NCBI GenBank assembly: GCA_963761335.1
Contig: CAVXGR010000012.1
Coordinates: forward strand, 256,001 to 320,000
DNA: 64,000 nucleotides
Source of the DNA: an uncultured delta proteobacterium
Lineage (GTDB): Bacteria; Desulfobacterota; Binatia; HRBIN30; BPIQ01
Direction of reading: 5' to 3'
The position numbers were made by a program, and so were the translations under genes. Positions within the stretch are counted from its first letter, which is position 1. Each line of letters opens with the position of its first letter. Positions 1-9,644 of this stretch are shown here, one piece after another. The notes below the pieces were generated by a model. That model had not been told where the DNA came from and made no database searches. It was given only the letters and a program-made list of their open reading frames with translations.

Positions 1-224
1 GCCGGGAACAAGGTCATGTGCGCCCCGGAGAGGATGCTCAGGCCGACGGCGTCGACGTCCTCCTGCACCGCCGCCTCGGCAATCATCTCGGGCGTCTGGT
101 GCAGCCCGGTGTAGATCACCTCGAAGCCGGCGTCGCGCAGGGCGCGGGCGATGATCTTGGCGCCGCGGTCGTGCCCGTCGAGGCCGGGCTTGGCCACCAG
201 AATGCGCAAAGGTCTCTGTGCCAC
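1..224 (-). CDS. Cobalamin B12-binding small subunit of acyl-CoA mutase (3' end outside window)
   Basis: Manual translation from GTG at 224: [40 protein letters not shown]...[10 protein letters not shown]. Contains the DxHxxG B12 motif; GAGGAGG SD upstream. Not in the ORF track. Confidence 0.93.
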   Translation of the reverse strand, partial: MAQRPLRILVAKPGLDGHDRGAKIIARALRDAGFEVIYTGLHQTPEMIAEAAVQEDVDAVGLSILSGAHMTLFP

Positions 225-270
225 GTTCGAATTCCTCCTCGAGCTCAATGCTGCAGTGCGCCGCTGCGCC

Positions 271-1914
271 TCAGATCCAGGCGGGGTCGCGGTAGACGCC
301 GAAGACCTCGCGGAAAACGTCGGAGATCTCGCCGATGCTGCACTCGAGGCGCACCGCGTCGAGGATCGGCGGCATCAGATTGGTGCCCTGGCGCGCCGCC
401 TCTCGCACTCCCCCCAGGGCCTCGCGCACCCGCCCCGGCTGGCGCGATCGCTTGCGCGAGCGCACGCGCTCCGCCTGCCGCCGCTCGAGCTCGGGAGCGA
501 TGCGCAGGACCTCCAAGGGCGGCTCCTCGGCGATCTGGTACTTGTTGACGCCGACCATCACCTTCTCGCCGCGCTCGAGCTGCCGCTGGTAGTGATACGC
601 CGCCTCGGCGATCTCCTTCTGCGGAAAGCCGAGCTCGATGGCGCGCACCATGCCGCCGAGCTCGTCGATCCTGTCGATGTAGGCGCGGGCCTCGGCCTCC
701 ATGCGGTCGGTGAGCGCCTCGACCGCCCAGCTACCGCCGAGCGGATCGACGACGTTGGTCACGCCACTCTCCTCGGCGATCACCTGCTGGGTGCGGAGGG
801 CGACCAGCACCGCCTGCTCGCTGGGCAGGGCGAGGGTCTCGTCCATGGAGTTGGTGTGCAGCGACTGCACGCCGCCGAAGACGCCGGCGAGCGCCTGCAC
901 GGCAACGCGCACGACGTTGTTCAGCGGCTGTTGCGCGGTGAGCGAGCAGCCGGCGGTCTGCGCGTGCGTGCGCAGCATCAACGAGCGCGGCTGCCGCGCC
1001 CCGAAGCGGTCGCGCATCAGACGGGCCCAGAGCCGCCGCGCGGCGCGGAGCTTGGCGACCTCCTCCAGGAAATCGTTGTGGATGTTGAAGAAGAACGAGA
1101 GCCGCGGCGCGAAGCTGTCGACGTCGAGGCCGCGATCGACCGCCGCCTGCACGTAGGCGACGCCGTCGGCGATGGTGAAGGCGAGCTCCTGGACGGCCGT
1201 CGAGCCGGCCTCGCGGATGTGGTAGCCGGAGATCGACACCGGATGCCAGCGGGGCACGTGTCGGGCACAGAACTCGAGCATGTCGACGATGATGCGCACC
1301 GACGGCTCCGGCGGGCAGATCCACTCCTTCTGGGCGATGAACTCCTTGAGCATGTCGTTCTGGATGGTGCCGCCCAGCCGATCCCAGGGGATCCCCTGGC
1401 GCTCGGCCACCACCAGGTACATCGCCAGCGCGATGCTGGCGGTGCAGTTGATGGTCATCGAGGTGGTCACCTGATCGAGGCGGATGCCGTTGAACAGGCT
1501 CTCCATGTCGCTGATCGTGGAGACCGCGACGCCTTCGCGACCCACCTCGCCGAGAGCCCGCGGGTGGTCGGCGTCGTAGCCCATCAGCGCCGGCATATCG
1601 AAGGCGGTGGAGAGGCCGGTCTGTCCCTCGGCGAGCAGGAAACGGAAGCGCTCGTTGGTGTCCTCGGCGGTGCCGAAGCCGGCAAACTGGCGCATGGTCC
1701 ACAGCCGGCCGCGGTACATGCTGGGGTGAATGCCGCGGGTGTACGGAAAGCCGCCGGGGTACCCGAGCCGCTCTTCGACGGCGCCGCCGGCGTCGACGTC
1801 CGCCGGCGTGTACAGCGGCTCGACCTCCATGTCGGAGACGGTGCTGAAGTGAGGCAGGCGGTCGCTGTCCGCCGGGTAGCGCTGCCGCAGCCAGTCGCGC
1901 TTGCTGTCGGTCAT
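271..1914 (-). CDS. B12-dependent acyl-CoA mutase large subunit, isobutyryl-CoA mutase-like
   Basis: Motifs [59 protein letters not shown]. Start taken at MTDSKR (ATG at 1914), overlapping the upstream stop as ATGA. Confidence 0.9.
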   Translation of the reverse strand: MTDSKRDWLRQRYPADSDRLPHFSTVSDMEVEPLYTPADVDAGGAVEERLGYPGGFPYTRGIHPSMYRGRLWTMRQFAGFGTAEDTNERFRFLLAEGQTGLSTAFDMPALMGYDADHPRALGEVGREGVAVSTISDMESLFNGIRLDQVTTSMTINCTASIALAMYLVVAERQGIPWDRLGGTIQNDMLKEFIAQKEWICPPEPSVRIIVDMLEFCARHVPRWHPVSISGYHIREAGSTAVQELAFTIADGVAYVQAAVDRGLDVDSFAPRLSFFFNIHNDFLEEVAKLRAARRLWARLMRDRFGARQPRSLMLRTHAQTAGCSLTAQQPLNNVVRVAVQALAGVFGGVQSLHTNSMDETLALPSEQAVLVALRTQQVIAEESGVTNVVDPLGGSWAVEALTDRMEAEARAYIDRIDELGGMVRAIELGFPQKEIAEAAYHYQRQLERGEKVMVGVNKYQIAEEPPLEVLRIAPELERRQAERVRSRKRSRQPGRVREALGGVREAARQGTNLMPPILDAVRLECSIGEISDVFREVFGVYRDPAWI

Positions 1915-2171
1915 CCGTCGCCCTCCCCTTCGCCTCGGCCGCTCGCCGCTTCCTGTTTTCCGGTGCGGCCGGCGATCAGGCCGCGGGCGACCCGGCTCCA
2001 CTCGTCGGGCACCAGGAGGCGAATCTCACCCATGGCGAAGAAGGTCAGCGGTTCCATGCGGAAGTTCTGGTTCTCGATCACGCACGGCACTCCGTAGTGC
2101 TCGAGGAAGCCCTTGACGATGTGCGCTTCGTGCTCCATGGGCGTGCAGAAGCACACGCGCCAATCGCTCAT
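1911..2171 (-). CDS. DUF2007-like small putative signal-transducing protein
   Basis: 86 aa with the [18 protein letters not shown]...GEIRLLVP pattern; coupled to the mutase gene. Confidence 0.7.
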   Translation of the reverse strand: MSDWRVCFCTPMEHEAHIVKGFLEHYGVPCVIENQNFRMEPLTFFAMGEIRLLVPDEWSRVARGLIAGRTGKQEAASGRGEGEGDG

Positions 2172-2186
2172 CGCAGCCCCCGCACG

Positions 2187-3140
2187 TCAGTACTCCGGCT
2201 TGAGGTCGAAGCGATGGGTCGCCTCGATGAAGCGCACGGTGTGCGTCCGCGAGCGCATCACCACCGAGTTCGAGGTGGCGCCGCCGCGGAAGAAGCGCAC
2301 GCCCGAGAGAAAGTCGCCGTTGGTCACTCCGGTGGCGGCGAACATGATGCTCCCCGAGGCCATGTCCTCCGCCTTGAGCCGCTTCTGCACGTCGCCGATG
2401 CCGGCGGCGTGCAGGCGCTCGATCTCCTCCGGGTTGCGCGGCCGCAGGCGGCCCTGCATGTCGCCCCCGGAGCAGCGCATCGCCGCCGCCGTGAGCACCC
2501 CCTGCGGGGCGCCGCCGGTACCCATGAGCATGTCGATCCCGGAGTTGGGCTTGCTGGTCGCCATGGCGGCGCCGACGTCGCCGTCACCGAGGAGGCGGAT
2601 GCGGGCGCCGGCGCGCCGCACCTCCTGGATCACCTTCTCGTGCCGGGGCCGATCGAGGATCGCGACCGTCAGGTCGGCGACGTAGACGCCCTTGGCATCG
2701 GCCAGGGCCTTGAGGTTCTCGGTGGCCGAGCGGTCGAGGTCGATGGCGCCGCGCCCCTCGGGGCCGACGACGATCTTCTCCATCTGCGTCTCCGGGCAGC
2801 GCAGAAAGCCGCCGGGCTCACCGATGGCGATGATCGACAGGGCGTTGTAGCCGCCGGTGGCGCAGATGGTGGCGCCCTCGAGCGGGTCGAGGGCGACGTC
2901 GATCTCCGGGCCGTTGCGGTTGCCGACCTTCTCGCCGTTGTAGAGGAGATCGCTCTCCCCCTCCGCCCCCTCCCCGATCACCACGGTGCCGTCGATGGCG
3001 ATCGAGTTGAAGGCGCGGCGCATGGCCTCGGCGCCGGCGCGGTCGGTGGCACCCACGTCGCCGCGGCCCATGAGCCGGGCAGCGGCCAGTGCCGCTGCTT
3101 CGGTGACGCGGACGACTTCGAGAGCGAGATTGCGATCCAT
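2187..3140 (-). CDS. glpX: Fructose-1,6-bisphosphatase class II
   Basis: VRVTEAAALAA, GTVVIGEG, DPLEG, DGDV, FAATGVTNG motifs. Confidence 0.95.
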   Translation of the reverse strand: MDRNLALEVVRVTEAAALAAARLMGRGDVGATDRAGAEAMRRAFNSIAIDGTVVIGEGAEGESDLLYNGEKVGNRNGPEIDVALDPLEGATICATGGYNALSIIAIGEPGGFLRCPETQMEKIVVGPEGRGAIDLDRSATENLKALADAKGVYVADLTVAILDRPRHEKVIQEVRRAGARIRLLGDGDVGAAMATSKPNSGIDMLMGTGGAPQGVLTAAAMRCSGGDMQGRLRPRNPEEIERLHAAGIGDVQKRLKAEDMASGSIMFAATGVTNGDFLSGVRFFRGGATSNSVVMRSRTHTVRFIEATHRFDLKPEY

Positions 3141-3166
3141 GAGCGGGGCGAATCGACCTTCGACAG

Positions 3167-4243
3167 TTACTCAACTTCCAGGAATTCCATCAGTTTGTCC
3201 AGGCTGGCCGGGACCCGGGAAGGCTCTCCCACCTGCCGCAGGGCAGTGTCGGGGTCCTTGAGCCCGTGACCGGTCAGCGTGCAGACGACGAGGTCGTCAG
3301 TCTTGAAGATACCCTGTTTCACCTTGCGGATCACCCCGGCCACCCCCGCCGCGGAGGCGGGCTCGCAGAAGACTCCCTCGCTGCGCCCCATCAGCTGATA
3401 GGCGGCCAGGATCTCCTCGTCGCTGACCGCCTCGATGGCCCCTTCCGACTCGTCCCGGGCGCGCACGGCGCTCTCCCAGCTGGCCGGGTTGCCGATGCGG
3501 ATGGCGGTGGCGATGGTCTCCGGATTCTCGATCACGTAGCCGCGCACGATGGGGGCGGCACCCTCCGCCTCGAAGCCCATCATCCGCGGCAGCCGCCGGA
3601 TGATGCCCTCGCGCGAGTACTCGCCGTAGCCGCTCCAGTAGGCGGTGATGTTGCCGGCGTTGCCGACCGGCAGGAAATGATAGGTCGGCGGCTCGCCGAG
3701 CTCGTCGCAGATCTCGAATGCCGCCGTCTTCTGCCCTTCGATGCGGTGCGGGTTGATCGAGTTCACCAGGGTGACCGGGCAGCGCTCCGCGGCGGCGCGC
3801 ACCAGAGTCAGGGCATTGTCGAAGCTGCCCTCGATGCTCACCACCTTGGCGCCGTGCATGACCGCCTGCGACAGCTTGCCCTTGGCGATGTTGCCGTGCG
3901 GCACGACCACATAAGCCTTCAGCCCGGCGCGCGCCGCGTAGGCCGCCGCCGAGGCCGAGGTGTTGCCGGTCGAGGCGCAGATGACGGCGCGCGCCCCCGC
4001 CTCCACCGCCTTGCTGATGGCCATCGTCATGCCGCGGTCCTTGAACGACGCCGTCGGGTTCATGCCCTCGAACTTCAGATACAGACGCGCCTTCAGGCCG
4101 ATGGCATCGGCCAGCCGCCGGCAGGGGATCAGCGGCGTGTTTCCCTCGAACAGAGTGACGATTGGCGTGTGCTCGTCGACCGACAGGAAACGCCGGTAGC
4201 GTTCGATGACTCCCGGCCAGCTCGTCGATTGCGCGGTGTTCAT
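3167..4243 (-). CDS. thrC: Threonine synthase
   Basis: EGMNPTASFKDRG (PLP lysine), CASTGNTSAS, PVGNAGN, TGHGLKDP; directly downstream of hom. Confidence 0.95.
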   Translation of the reverse strand: MNTAQSTSWPGVIERYRRFLSVDEHTPIVTLFEGNTPLIPCRRLADAIGLKARLYLKFEGMNPTASFKDRGMTMAISKAVEAGARAVICASTGNTSASAAAYAARAGLKAYVVVPHGNIAKGKLSQAVMHGAKVVSIEGSFDNALTLVRAAAERCPVTLVNSINPHRIEGQKTAAFEICDELGEPPTYHFLPVGNAGNITAYWSGYGEYSREGIIRRLPRMMGFEAEGAAPIVRGYVIENPETIATAIRIGNPASWESAVRARDESEGAIEAVSDEEILAAYQLMGRSEGVFCEPASAAGVAGVIRKVKQGIFKTDDLVVCTLTGHGLKDPDTALRQVGEPSRVPASLDKLMEFLEVE

Positions 4244-5550
4244 TTGGATAGACTGTCCTCGATGCGGATGACCGAGGGCTTCTGCCGAACTCCGGCGAGC
4301 TTTGCAATCGCCGCCAAGGCCCGCCGCAGGTCGCGCTCGCGCGCCTCGTGGGTGCGAATCACCACCGGCACCGTCGAGCGCTCGCGGCCCTTCTGGATCA
4401 CCGAGGCGATCGAGATGTGGTTGCGGCCGAGAATGCCGGCGATCTGCGCCAGCACCCCGGGCCGATCGAGCACCTGAAAGCGCAGGTAGTACTCCGACAC
4501 CAGATCCGCCAGCGGCTTCACCCGCCGGCGCGGGATCGACGAGAGAGGTAGCCCCAGCGGAGCGACGCGGCCGCGCGTGCCGCCGATCAGGTTGCGCGCC
4601 ACCTCCATGAGGTCGGCGACCACCGCTGTCGCCGTCGGCATCATTCCCGCCCCCTGGCCGACGTACATGCTCGGGCCGAGCGCCTCGCCGTCGACGACGA
4701 TGGCGTTGAAGGGCCCACTGACGTCGGCGAGCACGTGGGTGCGCGGCACCATGGTCGGATGGACGCGCGCCTCGACCGTATCGCCGTCGGTCTTGGCGAT
4801 CGAGAGGAGCTTGATCACGTAGCCGAACTGCCGCGCGAAATCGATGTCGATGGCGCCGACCTCGCGGATCCCCTCGACCGGCACCTGGGCGAAGGGCACG
4901 CGCACGCCGAAGGCCAGCTGCACGAGGAGCGTCAGCTTGTGGGCCGCATCGATGCCGTCGATGTCGAAGGACGGGTCGGCCTCGGCCAGACCGTCCGCCT
5001 GCGCCTGGTGCAGCACCTCGGCGAACTCGCCGCCCTCCGCCGTCATCGTGCTCAGGATGTAGTTGCAGGTGCCGTTGACGATGCCGTACACGGCGCGGTT
5101 GCGGTCGCCGCAGAGGCTCTCCTTGAGAGCGCGAATGATGGGGATGCCGCCGCCGACACCCGCCTCGAAGCCGAGATCGACGCCGGCGCGCTCGGCGGCG
5201 CCGAAGATCTCGTCGCCGTGCACGGCGAGCAGCGCCTTGTTGGCGGTGACCACCGCCTTGCCGGCGGCAATGGCCTCGAGCACGAGGCGGCGGGCAATGC
5301 CGTAGCCGCCCACCAGCTCGACGACGACGTCGACGTCGGGGGAGCGGATCAGGGCCGCGGCGTCGTCGGTGAGGATGCGGCGATCCACACGCACGCCGCG
5401 GTCGGTCTTCAGATCGATGTCGGCGATGCGCGCCAGCGTCAGCGGCACCCCCAGCCGCTCGCGGATCTGGGCCCGGTTCCGCTGCAGCAGCTTCACCACC
5501 CCGGTACCGATCGTGCCCCAGCCGATCAGCCCAACACGAACCTCTCGCAC
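4240..5550 (-). CDS. hom: Homoserine dehydrogenase with C-terminal ACT domain
   Basis: GWGTIG, VTANK, FEAGVGGGIP, NGTCNYIL, AEADP, DRPGVLA. GTG start at 5550 with GGAAGAGG SD. Confidence 0.95.
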   Translation of the reverse strand: MREVRVGLIGWGTIGTGVVKLLQRNRAQIRERLGVPLTLARIADIDLKTDRGVRVDRRILTDDAAALIRSPDVDVVVELVGGYGIARRLVLEAIAAGKAVVTANKALLAVHGDEIFGAAERAGVDLGFEAGVGGGIPIIRALKESLCGDRNRAVYGIVNGTCNYILSTMTAEGGEFAEVLHQAQADGLAEADPSFDIDGIDAAHKLTLLVQLAFGVRVPFAQVPVEGIREVGAIDIDFARQFGYVIKLLSIAKTDGDTVEARVHPTMVPRTHVLADVSGPFNAIVVDGEALGPSMYVGQGAGMMPTATAVVADLMEVARNLIGGTRGRVAPLGLPLSSIPRRRVKPLADLVSEYYLRFQVLDRPGVLAQIAGILGRNHISIASVIQKGRERSTVPVVIRTHEARERDLRRALAAIAKLAGVRQKPSVIRIEDSLSK

Positions 5551-5647
5551 CAGTCCTCTTCCTTCAACCCGCGGGCGTCGTCGACAGCTCAGCGCTCCAT
5601 GAGAAAATGGCCGGCTCGCATCGAGAAAACCGGCCATGCAGCCCGCG

Positions 5648-5676
5648 AGAATAGTCGATTTGGAATATCCGCGCAA
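5648..5676 (-). promoter_or_regulatory. Candidate sigma70 promoter for the hom operon
   Basis: TTGCGC-N17-TATTCT on the minus strand, in an AT-rich patch about 100 nt upstream of hom. Confidence 0.55.
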
Positions 5677-5685
5677 ATAATATGG

Positions 5686-5828
5686 ACCGGTGGATCGGTG
5701 GATCGGTTGTCGAGTTGACGGGTTGTCGAGTTGTGGGGCCGGGGGGTGCCGTTGCCATTGAACTCGCAAACCCGAGAACCCAACAACCGAGCTACCGAGC
5801 CACCCAGCCACCGATCCACCGAGCCACG
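5686..5828. repeat. Two oppositely oriented degenerate 8-bp-period tandem arrays
   Basis: ccggtgga-tcggtgga-tcggttgt-cgagttga-cgggttgt-cgagttgt, followed by acaaccga-gctaccga-gccaccca-gccaccga-tccaccga-gccac. Confidence 0.8.
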
Positions 5829-5905
5829 TCCCTATCGCTCAGGTTGACTTCCGCCCGAATAGGGTTGTACAGCGCTTTCTCGCCGCACTACCCGAGGAGA
5901 GACGA

Positions 5906-6070
5906 ATGATCCAAGTGTGCAATCCGCGCCTGCGCCGGGGGCTTGTCCTCGCGCGCGTACTGTTGCTTCTTTCCGTCATTGCCGTCGGCTTGGCCGCCTG
6001 CGGCGGCGAGGCGGGCCTCTACATCACCACCCAGCCGACGCCAACGCCGACTCCCCTATCCCAGGGCTGA
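5906..6070 (+). CDS. Small predicted lipoprotein (54 aa)
   Basis: GAGGAG SD, then MIQVCNPRLRRGLVLARVLLLLSVIAVGLAACGGEAGLYITTQPTPTPTPLSQG*. Basic N-region, hydrophobic stretch and LAAC lipobox. Below the ORF-track cutoff. Confidence 0.65.
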   Translation: MIQVCNPRLRRGLVLARVLLLLSVIAVGLAACGGEAGLYITTQPTPTPTPLSQG

Positions 6071-6072
6071 CC

Positions 6073-8484
6073 TCACCCGGTCTTTGCCAGCTCCAGGCGT
6101 CCGGCCCAGCGGTGTATGAGCACGGCCCGCAGCGCCGTCGACTGGGGTCCACTCAGCTCCGGGTCGCGCGCCAGCCAGTCGGCAGCGGCCCGCCGCGCTT
6201 CCTCGAGGGTATGGCTGTCGCGGATCAGGTTGGCGACCCGGAAATCGGGAAGACCGGCCTGTCGGGTGCCGAGGAAGTCCCCTGGGCCGCGCATCTCCAG
6301 GTCCATCTCCGCGATCTTGAAGCCGTCGGTGCTCCTCACCATGGCCTCGAGTCGCTGCCGGGCGCTGTCGCCCTTGGCATAGGACGCCACCAGCACGCAG
6401 CGCGACGGCTCCCGCCCGCGGCCGACGCGGCCGCGGAGCTGGTGCAGCTGCGCCAGGCCGAAGCGCTCGGCGTGCTCGATCACCATGATGGTGGCGTTGG
6501 CGACGTCGATGCCGACCTCCACGACCGTGGTGCTCACCAGCAGCTGCAGGTCGCCTTCTTTGAAGCGGCGCATCACCGCCTCCTTCTCGTCGGCCTTCAT
6601 CCGGCCGTGCACCAGGCCGACGCGATAGCCGGGAAAGACGGTGCGCGCCAGCTCGCGCGCCATGGTGGTGGCGTCGCGTAGGCTCGGGTCGTCGGACTCC
6701 TCCACCAGCGGGTAGACGACGTATCCCTGGCGGCCGCGGTCGAGCTCCTCGCGGACCAGGTCGTACACCTGTTGGCGCCGATTCTCGTGGTACACCGCCG
6801 TGCGAATCGGCGCCCGCCCCGGCGGCAGCTGGTCCAGAAACGACAGGTCGAGATCGGCGTAGAGGGTCAGCGCCAGGGTTCGCGGGATCGGCGTGGCGGT
6901 CATCAGCAGGATGTCGGGCCGGCCGAGCTGGCGCAGCGCCGCCCGCTGCAGGACCCCGAAGCGGTGCTGCTCGTCGATGACGCCGAGGCCCAGGGACTGG
7001 AAGCGGATACCCTCCTGGATGAGCGCCTGCGTGCCCACCACCAGCGGCAGAGAGCCGTCGCGCAGCCCGGCGACCGCCGCCGCGCGCTCCGCCTTGGGCG
7101 TCTGGCTGGTGAGCAGCCCGGTGACGACGCCGAGCGGCCGCGCCAGGGGCGCGAGGGTGTGGAAGTGCTGCTCGGCGAGCAGCTCCGTGGGCGCCATGAA
7201 GGCGACCTGGTGGCCGTTCTCGATCGCCGCCAGCGCTGCGAACAGCGCCACGATGGTCTTGCCGCTGCCAACGTCGCCCTGCACCAGCCGGTGCATCGGC
7301 TCGGGGCCGGCCATGTCGGCGAGGATCTCACCGATGACCCGCTCCTGTGCCCCGGTGAGCTGGAACGGCAGCGCCTGCCGCAGCGGCGCGATCAGGCGCC
7401 CGTCCGAGGGAGAGGCGAGCCCCTCCTCGGCGGCGTTGGCCTTCCTCCGCAGCATGAGGCCGAGCTGCAGGAAGAACAGCTCGTCGAAGACCAGCGAGCG
7501 ATGCGCCGCAGAGGCGAAGCGATTGAGCGCCTCGACTTCCTGCTCGGCGCCCGGCAGGTGGACCTGGCGCATGGCCGCCGTCAGGTCGAGCAGGTCGCGG
7601 CCGTCGACGATCTCCTCCGGCAACACGCTCGGCAGGCGGTCCACCCAGTCGGCCACCGCCTGCTGGGCGAGCTTGCGCATCGCCGCGACATGCAACGCCG
7701 TCGGCTTGTTGTACACCGGCACGATGCCGCGGACCTCTGCCTCGCCCAGCGGATCCATCTCCGGGTGCACCATGCGCCGCCCGGTCGGGCTGATCTCGAC
7801 CTTGCCGTGGACGACGTACTGCGCCCCGGTCTTGTAGCGCGCCGCGAAGTAGGCGGTCTGGTGATACCAGGTCAGCGGCAGCAGGCCGCCGGACTCGTCG
7901 CGCACGGCGCCCTCGAGCAGGCGCCTGCGGCTGCGTCCGGCGTAGCGCTCCGCGAGATGCACCAGGGTGCCGCAGACGGTGGCCTCGGCGCCGACGCGCA
8001 GCTCGGAGATGCGGCTGATGGCGCGGCGGTCCTCGTAGCGAAACGGCAGATGGTAGAGGATGTCCTCGACCCGCTGAATGCCGAACTTGCGAAACAGCTC
8101 GGCGCGTCGGGGGCCGACGCCCTTGACGAACTGCGCCGGCTGCGCCAGCGCCTCGAGCATCGGCTCCACCGCCGTCTCCGTGCGCCGGTAGACGGCCGGC
8201 GGCGCACACATCCCGGAGCGGATGCTCTCGACGATCTGCCGACAGCGCTGCGCCCGCGACAGTCGCTCTCCGGCGGCGGCGCTGCCGAGAGCCCGAAGCT
8301 CGTGCTGCAGCACCTCGAACTTCTGTTGCAGCGGCCGCGGCAGCGCCACGCTCAGCCGCCGGGCGCGCTCGACCAGCGCCTCGACCGGCAGGTGCGCCCT
8401 CCCCGCCGCCGCAACGTTGGCGTTCGCCAGGAAATCCAGCGGCCGACTCACGGCCGTCAGAAACGAATCGATGTGCGGGTTCAT
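6073..8484 (-). CDS. recG: ATP-dependent DNA helicase RecG
   Basis: QGDVGSGKT, DEQHRFG, MTATPIPRTL, QLRGRVGRG, DLEMRGPG motifs. Start at 8484 or 8508. Confidence 0.96.
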   Translation of the reverse strand: MNPHIDSFLTAVSRPLDFLANANVAAAGRAHLPVEALVERARRLSVALPRPLQQKFEVLQHELRALGSAAAGERLSRAQRCRQIVESIRSGMCAPPAVYRRTETAVEPMLEALAQPAQFVKGVGPRRAELFRKFGIQRVEDILYHLPFRYEDRRAISRISELRVGAEATVCGTLVHLAERYAGRSRRRLLEGAVRDESGGLLPLTWYHQTAYFAARYKTGAQYVVHGKVEISPTGRRMVHPEMDPLGEAEVRGIVPVYNKPTALHVAAMRKLAQQAVADWVDRLPSVLPEEIVDGRDLLDLTAAMRQVHLPGAEQEVEALNRFASAAHRSLVFDELFFLQLGLMLRRKANAAEEGLASPSDGRLIAPLRQALPFQLTGAQERVIGEILADMAGPEPMHRLVQGDVGSGKTIVALFAALAAIENGHQVAFMAPTELLAEQHFHTLAPLARPLGVVTGLLTSQTPKAERAAAVAGLRDGSLPLVVGTQALIQEGIRFQSLGLGVIDEQHRFGVLQRAALRQLGRPDILLMTATPIPRTLALTLYADLDLSFLDQLPPGRAPIRTAVYHENRRQQVYDLVREELDRGRQGYVVYPLVEESDDPSLRDATTMARELARTVFPGYRVGLVHGRMKADEKEAVMRRFKEGDLQLLVSTTVVEVGIDVANATIMVIEHAERFGLAQLHQLRGRVGRGREPSRCVLVASYAKGDSARQRLEAMVRSTDGFKIAEMDLEMRGPGDFLGTRQAGLPDFRVANLIRDSHTLEEARRAAADWLARDPELSGPQSTALRAVLIHRWAGRLELAKTG

Positions 8485-8534
8485 CCGGAGCGCCGCGCCA
8501 GGATACATCGGTCGGTGCGCCAGGGAAACTCACC

Positions 8535-8590
8535 CTGGTGGCTCGGTGGCCCGGTGACTCGGTGGCTTTGCGTCTTCGCGCCTTTGCGTT
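8535..8590. repeat. 8-bp-period tandem array
   Basis: ctggtggc-tcggtggc-ccggtgac-tcggtggc, followed by tttgcgtc-ttcgcgcc-tttgcgtt. Confidence 0.7.
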
Positions 8591-8717
8591 CTGAATCACT
8601 CTCAACGGCGGCCGCTCCGTGTCGGGGTATCCCATCGGCGTTTGCCGCTGGTGCGAATTTCGGCAATTGATGCCCCCCGCGCCTGGTGCCGGGAGCTCTC
8701 GGGCAGCGTGGAGGACC

Positions 8718-9425
8718 ATGACCACAGAATACAAAACCCTCGACAGCATCGCCCCGAATCTCTGGGTCGCGCGCCGGCCGCTCAAGCTGGCCGTCGGCGA
8801 CATCGGCACGCGCATGACGGTGATTCGCCTCGTTGACGGAAGCCTCTTCCTGCACTCGCCGGTTCGCCTCGACGAGGCGACGCGCGCCGCCGTGGACGAG
8901 CTGGGACCGGTCCGTCACCTGATCGCTCCCAGCAAGGTCCATCACCTCTTCGCCGGCGATTTCAAAGCGGCCTACCCGGACGCCCTGCTGTACGGTCCTC
9001 CCGGTCTCGCCGAGAAGCGGCGCCACCTGCACATCGACAGCGTCCTCGGCGACGAAGCTCCCGAGGCCTGGCGCGCCGAGATCGAGCAGCATCTCTTCCG
9101 CGGCGCGCCGAGGATGAACGAGGTCGTCTTCTTCCATCGCGCCAGCCGCACGCTGCTGCTGACCGATCTCGCCTTCAACGTCCCTGCCGGCCGTACCGAG
9201 GGCGCCCGCCTCTTCTACTGGATCGTCGGCGCCGCCGGCCACTTCGGCCCGCATCGCCTGGTGCGCTTGGTCATCCGCGATCGCGCCGCCGCCAGAGCGT
9301 CCCTCGAGCGCATCCTCGCCTGGGACTTCGACCGCGTCATCGTGACCCACGGCGAGATCCTCGAAACGGGAGGCAAGGAGCGGCTGCGACAGGGCTTCGC
9401 TTTCCTGGGCGCCTTCGCTCTTTGA
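8718..9425 (+). CDS. DUF4336 family (metallo-beta-lactamase-like) protein
   Basis: GTRMTVIRL..GSLFLHSPV, IAPSKVHHLF, EVVFFHRASRTLLLTD, WDFDRVIVTHG; GGAGG SD before ATG at 8718. Confidence 0.85.
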   Translation: MTTEYKTLDSIAPNLWVARRPLKLAVGDIGTRMTVIRLVDGSLFLHSPVRLDEATRAAVDELGPVRHLIAPSKVHHLFAGDFKAAYPDALLYGPPGLAEKRRHLHIDSVLGDEAPEAWRAEIEQHLFRGAPRMNEVVFFHRASRTLLLTDLAFNVPAGRTEGARLFYWIVGAAGHFGPHRLVRLVIRDRAAARASLERILAWDFDRVIVTHGEILETGGKERLRQGFAFLGAFAL

Positions 9426-9452
9426 GAGATACTCGCGGCCCGGTGCCGAGCA

Positions 9453-9560
9453 GTCTGGAAGCAGGGCTTGCCCAGCCGCAGGTTGCGCAGCTGCGGCACC
9501 TTGAACTTGCCAAGGTCCTCGAGCCTGCCGGTGATCAGGGCCAGGCCGGGGTTGCCGGAG
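9453..9560 (-). pseudogene. Fragment of a di-haem cytochrome c peroxidase / MauG-like gene
   Basis: Minus frame reads NPGLALITGRLEDLGKFKVPQLRNL, matching the DxG...D.GKFKVPxLRN motif. No CxxCH and no start codon. Confidence 0.6.
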
Positions 9561-9644
9561 ATGGCCAGGCTGGCCAAGGATGGGTGCTTGCCCGAAGGAG
9601 TGGGGTAACAGTCCCGGGGGGCGATCCGCCGTTGCTTCGGCCGC

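Noticed and set aside
271..1914. Annotation as methylmalonyl-CoA mutase (mutB/scpA)
   Set aside because: It lacks the Tyr/Arg carboxylate-binding pair, so no gene symbol was assigned.
5686..5828. Possible CRISPR array in the short-repeat regions (also 37356-37530)
   Set aside because: There are no identical 25-40 bp direct repeats with unique spacers; units are 8-bp periodic or inverted, and no cas genes are present.
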